This document shows positions 9,145-18,166 of a DNA stretch of 64,000 nucleotides, piece after piece (the first letter of the stretch is position 1; the number at the start of each line of letters is the position of its first letter). Where the stretch lies: contig JAVVHH010000001.1 in the NCBI GenBank assembly GCA_032249615.1, positions 1,122-65,121 on the forward strand. The letters run 5' to 3'. The stretch is from Acetobacteraceae bacterium (GTDB lineage: Bacteria > Pseudomonadota > Alphaproteobacteria > Acetobacterales > Acetobacteraceae). The notes beneath the pieces were generated by a model. It was not told the DNA's origin and did no database searches. It saw only the letters and a list, made by a program, of their open reading frames with translations. Made by a program: the position numbers and the translations under genes.

Positions 9145-12100
9145 CACTCGAGCCGCGGGCATGAGAAGCTCTGGAGCAGGCCGGGGCTGAACGGGTTGTT
9201 GACCGACCCGGCGCGGATTTGGAACGTCACCTGCCGGTCGGCGAGATTGTAGCCGAGCTGATACAGCTCCGCGCCGTTCTGCTGCTGCAACTTGCCCTTG
9301 CCGACCATGCGGAACAGCGCCCACGGCCCCGTCGTCTGCAGCCCGGTCGCGCCGGTGGAGAGCGGCGGGTCGAACGTCAGCCGCACGGTGCCCATGCCCT
9401 GCGGACCCGGCCAGGTCACCTGGGTCGCCCGCTCCGGGCCGTGCACGTCGCTGATCGCGATGCCGTTCAGGTCCAGCGTGACTTGCCGCGAGGTAGAGTC
9501 GGAGCTGACGGGCGTGATCTCGAACTTCACCGAAGGCGTGGCGCCGCCGGACGCAAAGAACAGGTCGCGGATCATGGCGGCCCGCTGGAATTGGTCCAGG
9601 TCGGCTTGCGAGATGGGCGGCGCCACGCCAGCCACGGTTTGCAGCTTCCAACCGCCCGCCGCCTGATCGACGAACGCGCGGAGCTGCTGGTTGTAATACG
9701 CGTCCAGCAGCCCGCCCGGCGCGAACAGCTTGCCGAAATCGTCGAGCGGGATGTCGAGCGCGGAATCCGCCTTGAACGGGTAGCGGCCCTCCACCGCTTG
9801 GCGGCACAGGGAGCCGGGGCCGCCAGGTCCGTTGAACGCGGTGGCGGCCTGCTGCTTGGCGCCGGTGCCGCGCAGGCGGTCGGCGGTGGAGGCGAGCGTT
9901 TGCAGCCAGCCGGAGACGGGCGGCGGTTGCCGGAGCGCCTCGGCGCGGAGAAGCTGCGCCGGGTCGGCGCCCGTCGCCGCGACCGCGGGCGCGGCAGCAC
10001 CGGCCGGCGCCGCGGCTAGGGTCGCCAGCTGCTGCTGGAGGTCGTTCAGGAGCTTGAGGGTGATGTCGATGGGCGCACCGGGGCCCTTGCCGACATAGGC
10101 GCGCAAAGCCCGGAAACGGTCGTCGATCGCCTGACCCGGTGGCACCGCCGGCGGCGCGTTTTGGCCGAACAGCGCCGCAGGGCGGGTTGCGGCCGCAGCG
10201 GCGCCGGGAGCCGCTGCCCCGGCCGCGCCTGCAGCGGCCGGAGCGCCCGGCGCCGCGACGGGAGCGGTCAGCGTGAGCTGGTTGGCGATGGAGGTCAGCA
10301 GGTCTTTCAGCGGCGATTGCGGCGAGGAGAGCACGTAGAGGTCCTGGACTGCCGTCTGCAGGTCGCGGAGCGGCCGGATGGCGATGTCGGACAGCATCGC
10401 GTCCCAGCGCTTGGCGTAGTCGTTGGTGTAAAGCGCCACGACGTCGGTCTCGAGGGTCTTCAGCGCCGGGTCGTCGGCCGGATCGACCGCGGCGCCCGTG
10501 CCCAGGACCCAGCTTTCCGAGACCACCTCGCGCGTCGCCGGGGCCAGGGACGGCAGCAGGATCTTGTGGAAGCCGTCGACGGTGTAGAAGCCCGGCACGC
10601 CCTCGGTCAGCGGCTTGCCGGAGGGGCGGACGAACACCGCCGCGCCGGCCCCGCCCAGCGCATCGGCCGGCGTCCAGGGCGGGACCTGCTGGCCGGCGCC
10701 GGGGCGGATTCGGGAGTAGACGCGCTCGGCGAGGCTCACCCGGCTGAACGTGCGCCGGGCTGTCTCGACGAGTTGTCCGTCCAATTCCACGGCGGGCAGC
10801 GGGCCGGCTAGCAGAGCGGTCAGGTGCTCGTCGAGCGTCTTCCGCAAGGGCTCGCGGGTCAGGCCACCATAGGTGCTGGCCCAATCGGCGGCCATCCAGT
10901 CGCGCACCAGGCTGCGGTCGAGCGGGCCTTGGCTGCCTAGCATGAGGTAGATGCGAGTGGCTTCGTAGAGGAACTCGGGCCGGTTCATGGCGCCGCGCAT
11001 CTCCGCCTCGAGCTGCCAGAGCAGCCGGGGCAGCATCACCCAGTCGAGCGCGTGCCGGTAGGTGATCTGTGACGTGGCCGCGAGCTGGGCCGTTTGCGAC
11101 AGGCCCGACCAGCCGGACCGGCCGGCGGCGGCGCCGAAGGGCAAATTGCGCGCTTCGTCGAGCAACGGCAGCACGCGGGGCAGATCGCCGTCGGCCACGG
11201 GATCGAGCGGCAAGCTCGCCGCGATCTGCTGGTAGCGGGCCAGGGAAGCGCTGAGACGGTCGGTGTCGGCTTGGGCGGAGCGGTTCGCGGCCAGGATGAG
11301 GCCCATGGCCCCGAGCGTCACCAGCAGCACCGCCGCGAACGCGCCCGCCCGCATCAGCGAGCGGCGGCGCGCCAGGGCAGGCGGCTCGGAGACGAGCATC
11401 GACTCGCGGAACACGACCTCGCGTAGGAGCCGGTTGACGAAGTAACTGCGGCCTTGCGCCGGGGCGAGGCTGGCCAACCGTTGCGACGGCATGCCGAAGG
11501 CGCGCGCCATGCTGCCGGTCAGCCGGTCGATCGGTGTGCCGTATTGCGTGCCGGACAGGAGATAGAAGCCGCGCAGCAACGGCGCCGGGTCCAAGCGCGT
11601 GCCGCCGAAAGCCGCCGAGAGGAAAGCCTCGAGCGGTTCGGCCAGGCTCGCGACCTGGGCGGGGAAGCCGGCGATCAGCTGCCGCCGGTCCGGGCTCCGC
11701 TCGGCCTGCAGACGGTCGATCACCCGCTCTTCGACCCGCTCCAGCAGACGGGCATGCGCGGCGCGGAACTCGGCGGCCGGGCCCGCGGTATCGCCGCGGC
11801 CCAAGGGGAAGCTTTCGCCCCAGACCTGCTTGCGCTTCTCCGCATCCAGGTCGGCGAAGAACTCGGTGAAACCGGCGATCAGGTCCGCCTTGGTGAACAG
11901 CGCGTAGACCGGCAGCTGCACGCCGAGCTGCGTGTTCAGCTCCTTGATCCGCGCGCGGATGGCTACCGCGTGCGCCTCAGCTGCGGCCCGGTCGGCGACG
12001 ATTTCCGGCACGCTGATCGCTACCAGCACGCCGTTCAGCGGCTGGCGCGAGCGGGTTCGTTTCAGGAGTGCCAGGAAGCCCTGCCAGCCCGCGCGGTCCA

Positions 12101-12653
12101 CCGAGGCATCGCTATCCTGCGTGGTGTAGCGGCCGGCCGTGTCGATCAGAACCGCCTCGTCAGCAAACCACCAATCGCAGAGCCGGGTTCCGCCGACGCC
12201 GGCGACCGCCGCAGGCTTGCCGCCGGGTTCCGTCAGGAAGGTGAGCCCGCTGTTGACGAGCGCCGTGGTCTTGCCCGCGCCGGGCGGGCCGATGATTACA
12301 TACCACGGCTGCTCGTACAAGTAGCCGCGGGTTCCGTGAGCCCGCTTGAGCATCGCGGTGGCGGCCGCGAGCTTATCGTTCAGCGCGGCCACTTCCTCGG
12401 CAGAGGCGTCCGGCCCGGCCGGCGCCGCTACCCCACCCTTGAGCGCCGCCTCGGCGCGTCGGTGGCGGCGGTCGGCCAGCCAATTCGCGACCAACCAGAC
12501 CACGACCAGCAGGACCACGATGCCCAGCCGGATCGGCCACCCCTCCAGAAACGTCAGGAGAGGGCCGAGAAACCACACCAGCAGCGCCAAAAGCAGCACG
12601 CCGAGACCGGTCAGCGTCCAGCGCGAGAGAAGGACCCTTCGAAAGCCAGACAT
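9144..12653 (-). CDS. tssM: T6SS membrane-complex protein TssM (IcmF), full length
   Basis: 1169 aa with an N-terminal TM hairpin, Walker A (IIGPPGAGKTTAL) and Walker B-like VLIDTAGR. A third TM segment, a long periplasmic region and a C-terminal IcmF_C-like domain follow (...GRYPFKADSALDIPLDDFGKLFAPGG...). Confidence 0.95.
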   Translation of the reverse strand: MSGFRRVLLSRWTLTGLGVLLLALLVWFLGPLLTFLEGWPIRLGIVVLLVVVWLVANWLADRRHRRAEAALKGGVAAPAGPDASAEEVAALNDKLAAATAMLKRAHGTRGYLYEQPWYVIIGPPGAGKTTALVNSGLTFLTEPGGKPAAVAGVGGTRLCDWWFADEAVLIDTAGRYTTQDSDASVDRAGWQGFLALLKRTRSRQPLNGVLVAISVPEIVADRAAAEAHAVAIRARIKELNTQLGVQLPVYALFTKADLIAGFTEFFADLDAEKRKQVWGESFPLGRGDTAGPAAEFRAAHARLLERVEERVIDRLQAERSPDRRQLIAGFPAQVASLAEPLEAFLSAAFGGTRLDPAPLLRGFYLLSGTQYGTPIDRLTGSMARAFGMPSQRLASLAPAQGRSYFVNRLLREVVFRESMLVSEPPALARRRSLMRAGAFAAVLLVTLGAMGLILAANRSAQADTDRLSASLARYQQIAASLPLDPVADGDLPRVLPLLDEARNLPFGAAAGRSGWSGLSQTAQLAATSQITYRHALDWVMLPRLLWQLEAEMRGAMNRPEFLYEATRIYLMLGSQGPLDRSLVRDWMAADWASTYGGLTREPLRKTLDEHLTALLAGPLPAVELDGQLVETARRTFSRVSLAERVYSRIRPGAGQQVPPWTPADALGGAGAAVFVRPSGKPLTEGVPGFYTVDGFHKILLPSLAPATREVVSESWVLGTGAAVDPADDPALKTLETDVVALYTNDYAKRWDAMLSDIAIRPLRDLQTAVQDLYVLSSPQSPLKDLLTSIANQLTLTAPVAAPGAPAAAGAAGAAAPGAAAAATRPAALFGQNAPPAVPPGQAIDDRFRALRAYVGKGPGAPIDITLKLLNDLQQQLATLAAAPAGAAAPAVAATGADPAQLLRAEALRQPPPVSGWLQTLASTADRLRGTGAKQQAATAFNGPGGPGSLCRQAVEGRYPFKADSALDIPLDDFGKLFAPGGLLDAYYNQQLRAFVDQAAGGWKLQTVAGVAPPISQADLDQFQRAAMIRDLFFASGGATPSVKFEITPVSSDSTSRQVTLDLNGIAISDVHGPERATQVTWPGPQGMGTVRLTFDPPLSTGATGLQTTGPWALFRMVGKGKLQQQNGAELYQLGYNLADRQVTFQIRAGSVNNPFSPGLLQSFSCPRLE

Positions 12654-12662
12654 GGCGGCCTG

Positions 12663-14036
12663 CTACGATTGCCGGTGGAGGATGAGTTCGATCCGGCGGT
12701 TCTGCTCGCGCCCCTGCGCCGTCGCGTTGGAGGCTATCGGATCGGCGTCGGCCCGGCCTTCGGCCCGCAGCCGCTCCGTACCGCCCATGACACGGGCCAA
12801 CTCCGCCTCCGCCGCGGCGGCGCGTGCCGCCGAAAGTTTGAAGTTGGACGGGAACTTGACGGTTCGGATCGGCTGGTTGTCGGTATAGCCGAGCACATCC
12901 ACCTGACCCTTCTCGGCCGCCAGCGCCTTGCCGATCCGATCGAACAGCGACAGGAAGTTCTCGTTCAGCGTGGCGCTGCCGGATGCGAACAGGCCGCTGT
13001 TGTGGATGCGGACGATCGGCGTCGCGTCCGTGCCCAGGACCTCGACCAATTTCTGGTCGATCTCCGGCTTGAGGAACGTGCGGAGCCGATCCACGGCCGT
13101 GGGTTCGCTGGGGGGAGGCTGACGGGGTGGCGTGACGGCGACCGCCCGGCTGATGGCCGGCATGTGGCCGGGCGGCAGCGCCATCGCGCGGGCGAACAGG
13201 TCGTCCGACGCTTCAGCCAGGGTGCGGCTGGACCAGACGAACAGGGCCGCCGTGACAGCCAGCCCCGCAACCGCGGCGACCCACACCGGCAGCCGTGCGC
13301 GGGACGGTCGATAGGGGGCATTCTGCCCTTCCCAGCGCGGCGACAGAGCAGGCTCCGGCGCCCGCCGCTGCCGTGCGATGACGGCGTAGGTTTCCTCCCG
13401 CAGCCGATCGATTTCCGCCACGCCCCGCTGGGACAGGCGATGGCGGCCCATGAAGCCCAGCGACAGGCAGAGATACATCAGCTCCAGCACGGGGAGCATG
13501 GTGCCGGGGTTCTGGCGCATCTGGCCCAGCACATCGAAAAAACGGTCGCCGCTGCGGACTTCCTGATGGAAGGTCGACACCATGGAGCGAGAGGCCCACT
13601 CGCCGGTGCTGCCCCACGGCGTATTCAGCACCACGTCGTCGAGGCTGGCGCAGAGGGCGTAGTGAGCGGGGCGGAGCTGCTCCATCGGCACGCCGCCGTC
13701 GCGCGCGACCTGCTCGAACCGGCGCATCTCGGCGACGGCCCGCTCGCGCAGGCTGCCGCTGTCGGGCGCGGTGGCGGTGTTGCCGAGGCGGGCGAGGAGC
13801 TGGATGAGCGGACTTGCGGCGACGGCAAGCGGCGAGTTGCCGATCGCCAGGGCTGAGCGCGCGCCGGGCTCCTCGGGCGCGCTGGCGAAGGATGCGGCGG
13901 GCTGATCGACGAACGGGGCTGCTGCGGGCGCGGCGGCGGGCGGCCGTGCCGCCGGCCGCCGGCCGCCGGGAGCGGGGCGAATGATCGTCCGATCGCTGTC
14001 ATCCGGCTCGGCGAAAGGATTGTCGCTCGCCATCAT
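12663..14036 (-). CDS. tssL: TssL (DotU) long form with C-terminal OmpA/MotB peptidoglycan-binding domain
   Basis: 457 aa. The DotU region reads LELMYLCLSLGFMGRHRL. After a TM segment, the OmpA-like end reads VLGYTDNQPI...FPSNFKLSAARAAAA...NRRIELIL. Confidence 0.9.
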   Translation of the reverse strand: MMASDNPFAEPDDSDRTIIRPAPGGRRPAARPPAAAPAAAPFVDQPAASFASAPEEPGARSALAIGNSPLAVAASPLIQLLARLGNTATAPDSGSLRERAVAEMRRFEQVARDGGVPMEQLRPAHYALCASLDDVVLNTPWGSTGEWASRSMVSTFHQEVRSGDRFFDVLGQMRQNPGTMLPVLELMYLCLSLGFMGRHRLSQRGVAEIDRLREETYAVIARQRRAPEPALSPRWEGQNAPYRPSRARLPVWVAAVAGLAVTAALFVWSSRTLAEASDDLFARAMALPPGHMPAISRAVAVTPPRQPPPSEPTAVDRLRTFLKPEIDQKLVEVLGTDATPIVRIHNSGLFASGSATLNENFLSLFDRIGKALAAEKGQVDVLGYTDNQPIRTVKFPSNFKLSAARAAAAEAELARVMGGTERLRAEGRADADPIASNATAQGREQNRRIELILHRQS

Positions 14037-14097
14037 GTCCTCGATTGATCGTTACCGGACAAGGAACATTCCTCGTCATCATCGACATCAGCGGACG

Positions 14098-15426
14098 CTA
14101 CCCGCGAATTGCCCAAAGCTCCATGGTCAGATTGGGAAATTCGCCCGACACATGGATCGCGAAGCCGCCGGATGTCTGCATCTGCTGCCAGTGCGGCGAG
14201 TTGCGGTCGAGCTCGAAGTAGCTCGCGCCCGCGTGGAACGGGATTTGCCGCGGCGCTACGGGAAGTGGCACGATCGCGATCCCAGTCAGGGAGATGTTGA
14301 CCAGCTCGCGGATCTGCTCGACCGCGCCGATCTTGACCTGGCTCGGGAACAGCCGCCGCAGCGAATCGGTCGGCACGTCCGCCCGCACGCTCAACACGAA
14401 CGAGGCGGCTTGCAGAACGCCGCGGTCGGTGATCGCCCCCACGCGGACGCCGAACCGGCGCTCGACCAGCGGGATGCTGATGGCGTTCGTTTCGAGCACC
14501 GCCGACAGCGAGCGCCGCAGATCCGCAACGACCGGGGCGAAGGAGCGCTGCAGGTCCTCATGGCGATACGCGGGGTAAGGGGCGGGCCGCTTGCTCGCCT
14601 CGGTAAAGGTCGCGAACTCGCCGGCCATTTGCACCAGTGTCGCGTAGAGCGTTTCCGGGTGCGGCGTTCCGGCGTCGGCCCAGTGGCTCAGCAGCTTTTG
14701 CCAGCGGTTGAGCGATTGCAGCAGCAGGAAGTCGGCCACGTCGGCCACGCCGCGGGCGCCGGGCGCGGTGAGCCGCCCCGCCAGGGCCTCGCCGCGCTGG
14801 TTGATCATGCCGGCCAGCTCGGTCAGCAGCCCGGCGAGCACCGGGCTCGCCGCGCAGAGGAGGACGGAGGCGATCCAACGGTCGTCCAGCGTCACCCGTC
14901 GGTCCGACGACATCTCTACGATGCGGGCGAGCGGAATGCACAGCCAGCCCGCCCGCTCCTCGGTCTCGAGCAAGTAACGAAGCCGCAGCCGGCCGACGAC
15001 CAAATCGGCCGATTGAGGGGCCGCGGAATGCGTATCGAACGCTTCGAACTGGCTCACGCCGTAGCGGGCTTCCGGTCCGCCGGCCACCGCCAGCTCCGCC
15101 GACCCGGCTTGCTGGATCGGCACCCCCAAAAAGACCAGGGTGTTGCGCGCGTTCGGCGGCACGTCGAGCGGGAGCGGGTGATCCGCCTCTCCCGGCATGG
15201 AAAACGGAGTGCCGTCCTCGAACACGCCCGTCGCGGCCGATAGAGCGAAGCGGCCGGTGGCGAGCAGGTCACGGTCGATGGTGTAGTTGGACAAGCCCCA
15301 GCCGAACGGCTGCAGATGGGCGGTGCGGGCGCGCACCAGGTGCTCGAGACTGCGGTCCTGCTGCTGGAAGTGCTGCGCCCGGAGGAACATCCCCTCCTGC
15401 CAGGCGACCCGGTTGGTCCATGTCAT
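14098..15426 (-). CDS. tssK: T6SS baseplate protein TssK
   Basis: 442 aa. The N-terminus MTWTNRVAWQEGMFLRAQHFQQQDR is the canonical TssK start. The ATG overlaps the tssJ stop. Confidence 0.95.
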   Translation of the reverse strand: MTWTNRVAWQEGMFLRAQHFQQQDRSLEHLVRARTAHLQPFGWGLSNYTIDRDLLATGRFALSAATGVFEDGTPFSMPGEADHPLPLDVPPNARNTLVFLGVPIQQAGSAELAVAGGPEARYGVSQFEAFDTHSAAPQSADLVVGRLRLRYLLETEERAGWLCIPLARIVEMSSDRRVTLDDRWIASVLLCAASPVLAGLLTELAGMINQRGEALAGRLTAPGARGVADVADFLLLQSLNRWQKLLSHWADAGTPHPETLYATLVQMAGEFATFTEASKRPAPYPAYRHEDLQRSFAPVVADLRRSLSAVLETNAISIPLVERRFGVRVGAITDRGVLQAASFVLSVRADVPTDSLRRLFPSQVKIGAVEQIRELVNISLTGIAIVPLPVAPRQIPFHAGASYFELDRNSPHWQQMQTSGGFAIHVSGEFPNLTMELWAIRG

Positions 15427-15893
15427 GGTGCGGGGGCGGCGGGTTTCAGCGTGAGCACGATGCCGGCGGTTTTCGCTTCCAGCTTGGTCGGTCCGCTTGG
15501 TTTGACCGGCGCCTTCACGCGCCAGGTGGCGTGGTCGATGTCGCGGAATGCCGCGACCATGCCCAGCGCGGTGACGCCGGGCTTCAGCGGTTCATTGATC
15601 GAGACCGTGGCGCCCGGGGCGAGGAACACGGTTTCGCTGGCGGCCGCTTCGTCGCCCAGTGTCGCTTTCTCTTTGTCCAGCAACGCGAACACGTCGGCAT
15701 TGTCGAACTTGCCGGTGCCGGTGAGCTGGTAGACGTGGATCGCGACCGAGTTCGGTTTCCCGGCCGGATCGGGGTTCTGGTCGGCGCCGCCCGAGAGCGT
15801 CAGCGCGAGGACCGCGGGCGGCGGCGGCGGCGGACCGCCGCAGCCCGCCAGCGCGAACAGAAGAAGCAGGATGGGCCGCGCGATCGGGATCAT
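15423..15893 (-). CDS. tssJ: T6SS outer-membrane lipoprotein TssJ
   Basis: 156 aa with a lipobox (LLFALAGC). ...NSVAIHVYQLTGTGKFDNADVFALL is typical of TssJ/VasD. Confidence 0.9.
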   Translation of the reverse strand: MIPIARPILLLLFALAGCGGPPPPPPAVLALTLSGGADQNPDPAGKPNSVAIHVYQLTGTGKFDNADVFALLDKEKATLGDEAAASETVFLAPGATVSINEPLKPGVTALGMVAAFRDIDHATWRVKAPVKPSGPTKLEAKTAGIVLTLKPAAPAP

Positions 15894-17275
15894 GGGGATC
15901 GGACCTCATTCCTGGCGATATCGTCCTGCGCCCGCTCGTATGAGCGGGCAAAACTCTTGCCGAAGACACTGTCGAAATCGTCGGCGAGGCCGGCCGTGAC
16001 GGTGGCATGCAACGCCTCGAACGCATCCCAGGCGCGGGCCTTGCGCCCGAGCGGCACCGCGCCGCCGCCGGCATTCTGCTTGAGCACCGCCGGGTCGAGC
16101 CGGGCGACCAATTCGCGCACCGCCGATTGCAGCGCCGCCATGGTCGCCAGTTCGTGCAGGCGCATGTCCCGCAGCGCGTCGGCGACCGCGGCGGGGGCTG
16201 GCATGCTGGCGGGGCGGGTGCCGAGCAGGGCCGCGAGCGCATCGTTGTCGTCGGCGGAGAATTTCAGCGGATTGTTGCCGCTAGCGCTGATCATGGTGCG
16301 CTCGATGCGGAACTCGTTCTTGACCGCCGAGCGGGCGATCAGGGCCTGCCGAAGTCCGCTCACCATGGCGCGCATCGCGGCCCCCATCTGCTCCATCAAG
16401 GCTCCGGGGTCGGCGACGGAGACGCCTTCCATGCCGGCGCCCCGCAGGAAGCGCTCGAGCAGCGCGTGATCGGCAGCCGGCGGCGGGACTGGAGGGGCCG
16501 CGGGAGCCGTTGCCATGGGTGCTGCCGGCATGGGCGCCATCACTGGTTGCGGCATGGGTGCAGGCGCTGGGGTCGGCGGCGGTTCCGGGCGGCGGCTCAT
16601 CGGGGCCGGCGCTGGCTGCGCAGGGAGGCCGACCGGGCTCTGCATGGGCGGCGGCTGGGTCGAGGGGCCGGGCAGCAGATCGTCCGCCCAGTCGTCAGGC
16701 AGCAGGCTCGCGGCGACGGTTGGCGGGCGGAACGCGTCGCTGGTGGCGGGTGACGCGTCCGGCTGTGCGGGCCGCAGCCAGCTCGAATCCGGCCCCGGCG
16801 CCATCGGGTCGAAATCCGACGGCAGGCGGATGCCGGCCTCGAGCGGTGGCAATCCGTCGGCCGCGGGCGACCCCATCGGGTCGCTGCGGAACGGGTTCAC
16901 GAACGGGTCGTCATAGGCTTGCGGGACGTGGGGATCGGACCACGCGCTCGTCGAGCGGGCCGCGCTCAGCCGGACTTCCAGCTCGTATTGGCCGAGCTGC
17001 AGCCGATCACCGTCGGACAGGCGGCGCTGGCCGGATGCGCCGAGGGGATCGCTTTCGCCGTTGATGAAGGTGCCGTTGGACGACTGGTCCGCCACATGCC
17101 AAGCGCCGCCGCGGAAGGCGAGCGTGCAGTGCCGCTTGGAGAGGTGACGCTCCGGGTCGGCCAACACCCAGTCATTATCCGGCCCGCGGCCCAGGCTGAT
17201 GTCGCCGCCATCGAAGCTGCGCGTCTCGGTCACTGCGCTCGGCGGGCACCGCAGGATGGAGAGGGTCAGTCGCAT
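15890..17275 (-). CDS. tagH: FHA-domain T6SS protein TagH (Fha/ImpI)
   Basis: 461 aa. The N-terminal FHA domain reads ISLGRGPDNDWVLADPERHLSKRHCTLAFRGGAWHVADQSSNGTFING. A Pro-rich linker and a TagH-type C-terminal domain follow. Confidence 0.9.
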   Translation of the reverse strand: MRLTLSILRCPPSAVTETRSFDGGDISLGRGPDNDWVLADPERHLSKRHCTLAFRGGAWHVADQSSNGTFINGESDPLGASGQRRLSDGDRLQLGQYELEVRLSAARSTSAWSDPHVPQAYDDPFVNPFRSDPMGSPAADGLPPLEAGIRLPSDFDPMAPGPDSSWLRPAQPDASPATSDAFRPPTVAASLLPDDWADDLLPGPSTQPPPMQSPVGLPAQPAPAPMSRRPEPPPTPAPAPMPQPVMAPMPAAPMATAPAAPPVPPPAADHALLERFLRGAGMEGVSVADPGALMEQMGAAMRAMVSGLRQALIARSAVKNEFRIERTMISASGNNPLKFSADDNDALAALLGTRPASMPAPAAVADALRDMRLHELATMAALQSAVRELVARLDPAVLKQNAGGGAVPLGRKARAWDAFEALHATVTAGLADDFDSVFGKSFARSYERAQDDIARNEVRSP

Positions 17276-17281
17276 GGGCCT

Positions 17282-17572
17282 CTATCCAATCAGCACGGTA
17301 AAGCAGCCGAGCACGATCGTGCCGCCGTGCGCACACATGTCGCCCATCCGCGCGGCGGGCGTACCCCCGATCAACACGGTGAAGGACCCGAGAGCGATGG
17401 TGTCGGGCGGGCCGACGCACGTCGCCATGTCGCCCACACGCGCTGCGGGCAGCGAGCCGATGAGCACGGTCGGCGCTCCTGGCGGCAGGATGGGTCCGCC
17501 CACGTGCGGCACAATTCCGGTCACCATGGGGCAGACGTGCATGTCGGTGATGCGCGCGGCCGGCTGACCCAT
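17282..17572 (-). CDS. PAAR-domain spike-tip protein
   Basis: 96 aa with three PAAR-like repeats (QPAARITDM, LPAARVGDM, TPAARMGDM). The ATG overlaps the stop of the upstream gene (ATGA at 17570-17574). Confidence 0.92.
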   Translation of the reverse strand: MGQPAARITDMHVCPMVTGIVPHVGGPILPPGAPTVLIGSLPAARVGDMATCVGPPDTIALGSFTVLIGGTPAARMGDMCAHGGTIVLGCFTVLIG

Positions 17573-18162
17573 CAGTTCGCCTCCGGAGCCATGCGCCCGG
17601 GCCCACCCATGCCGATATCGCGGGCACTGGCCAGGAAGCGGCGGAGCCGGTCGGCTCGGCGCTCCGGAAAATCCCGCACCGAGGCCAGCGCAACCGCGCC
17701 GGCCACCGCGTTGGCGGCGACATGGTCCGGCGGCGCCACGGGCGCTTGGCCCACCGGGGCGAGGCTGTCACCGCTCCAGAACGCGCCCACCGCAGCCCAG
17801 GCCTCCGGGCTGTTGAAGCCGGCTTCCCCGGCATGGGCGAAGGCTGCGCGCCGCACCTCGTCGCTCTGCACCCGCACCCAGGTCTCGGCCGCTTCCAGCG
17901 CGGCGCGGTCGGCGGCGGGGAGCCCGGCCGGTGCGGTTGCGCGGGCGCACATGCACGCCCACCACACGGCTTCGCGACGCGGCAGCGCATGCGCCACCAG
18001 TCGCGTCGCCTCGACCAGCAGTTCCGCTGCGGCGAGATGATCGAGGGCGGCTTGGGTGCTCCGAATGCCCGCGATCTGCTCCGCCGCGGCGGGGGGAAGG
18101 CCCAGCCGCGGCAGCAGGGCCGCCACGTTGTCGTTGAGTTTGGTGGCGATCGATCCCGACAT
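17572..18162 (-). CDS. Hypothetical protein wedged between vgrG and PAAR (candidate T6SS accessory or adaptor; function unknown)
   Basis: 196-aa ORF with gene-like codon usage. It starts 4 nt after the vgrG stop and overlaps the PAAR start. There is no signal peptide or TM segment. I cannot place it in DUF4123, DUF2169 or DUF1795 by eye. Confidence 0.75.
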   Translation of the reverse strand: MSGSIATKLNDNVAALLPRLGLPPAAAEQIAGIRSTQAALDHLAAAELLVEATRLVAHALPRREAVWWACMCARATAPAGLPAADRAALEAAETWVRVQSDEVRRAAFAHAGEAGFNSPEAWAAVGAFWSGDSLAPVGQAPVAPPDHVAANAVAGAVALASVRDFPERRADRLRRFLASARDIGMGGPGRMAPEAN

Positions 18163-18166
18163 GGCG

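Noticed and set aside
8608-10884. 758-aa minus-strand ORF treated as a single protein.
   Set aside because: Only the last 178 aa (TagF) look real. The upstream part is Arg/Pro-rich and lies inside tssM in another frame.
11454-13856. 800-aa plus-strand ORF, with similar cases at 24229..25359(-), 27700..29004(-), 35586..37154(+) and 60513..62396(-).
   Set aside because: They lie antisense to well-supported genes (tssM/tssL, tssM paralogue, tssC2, clpV, fabF), have low-complexity Arg/Gly/Asp composition, and show no recognisable domains.
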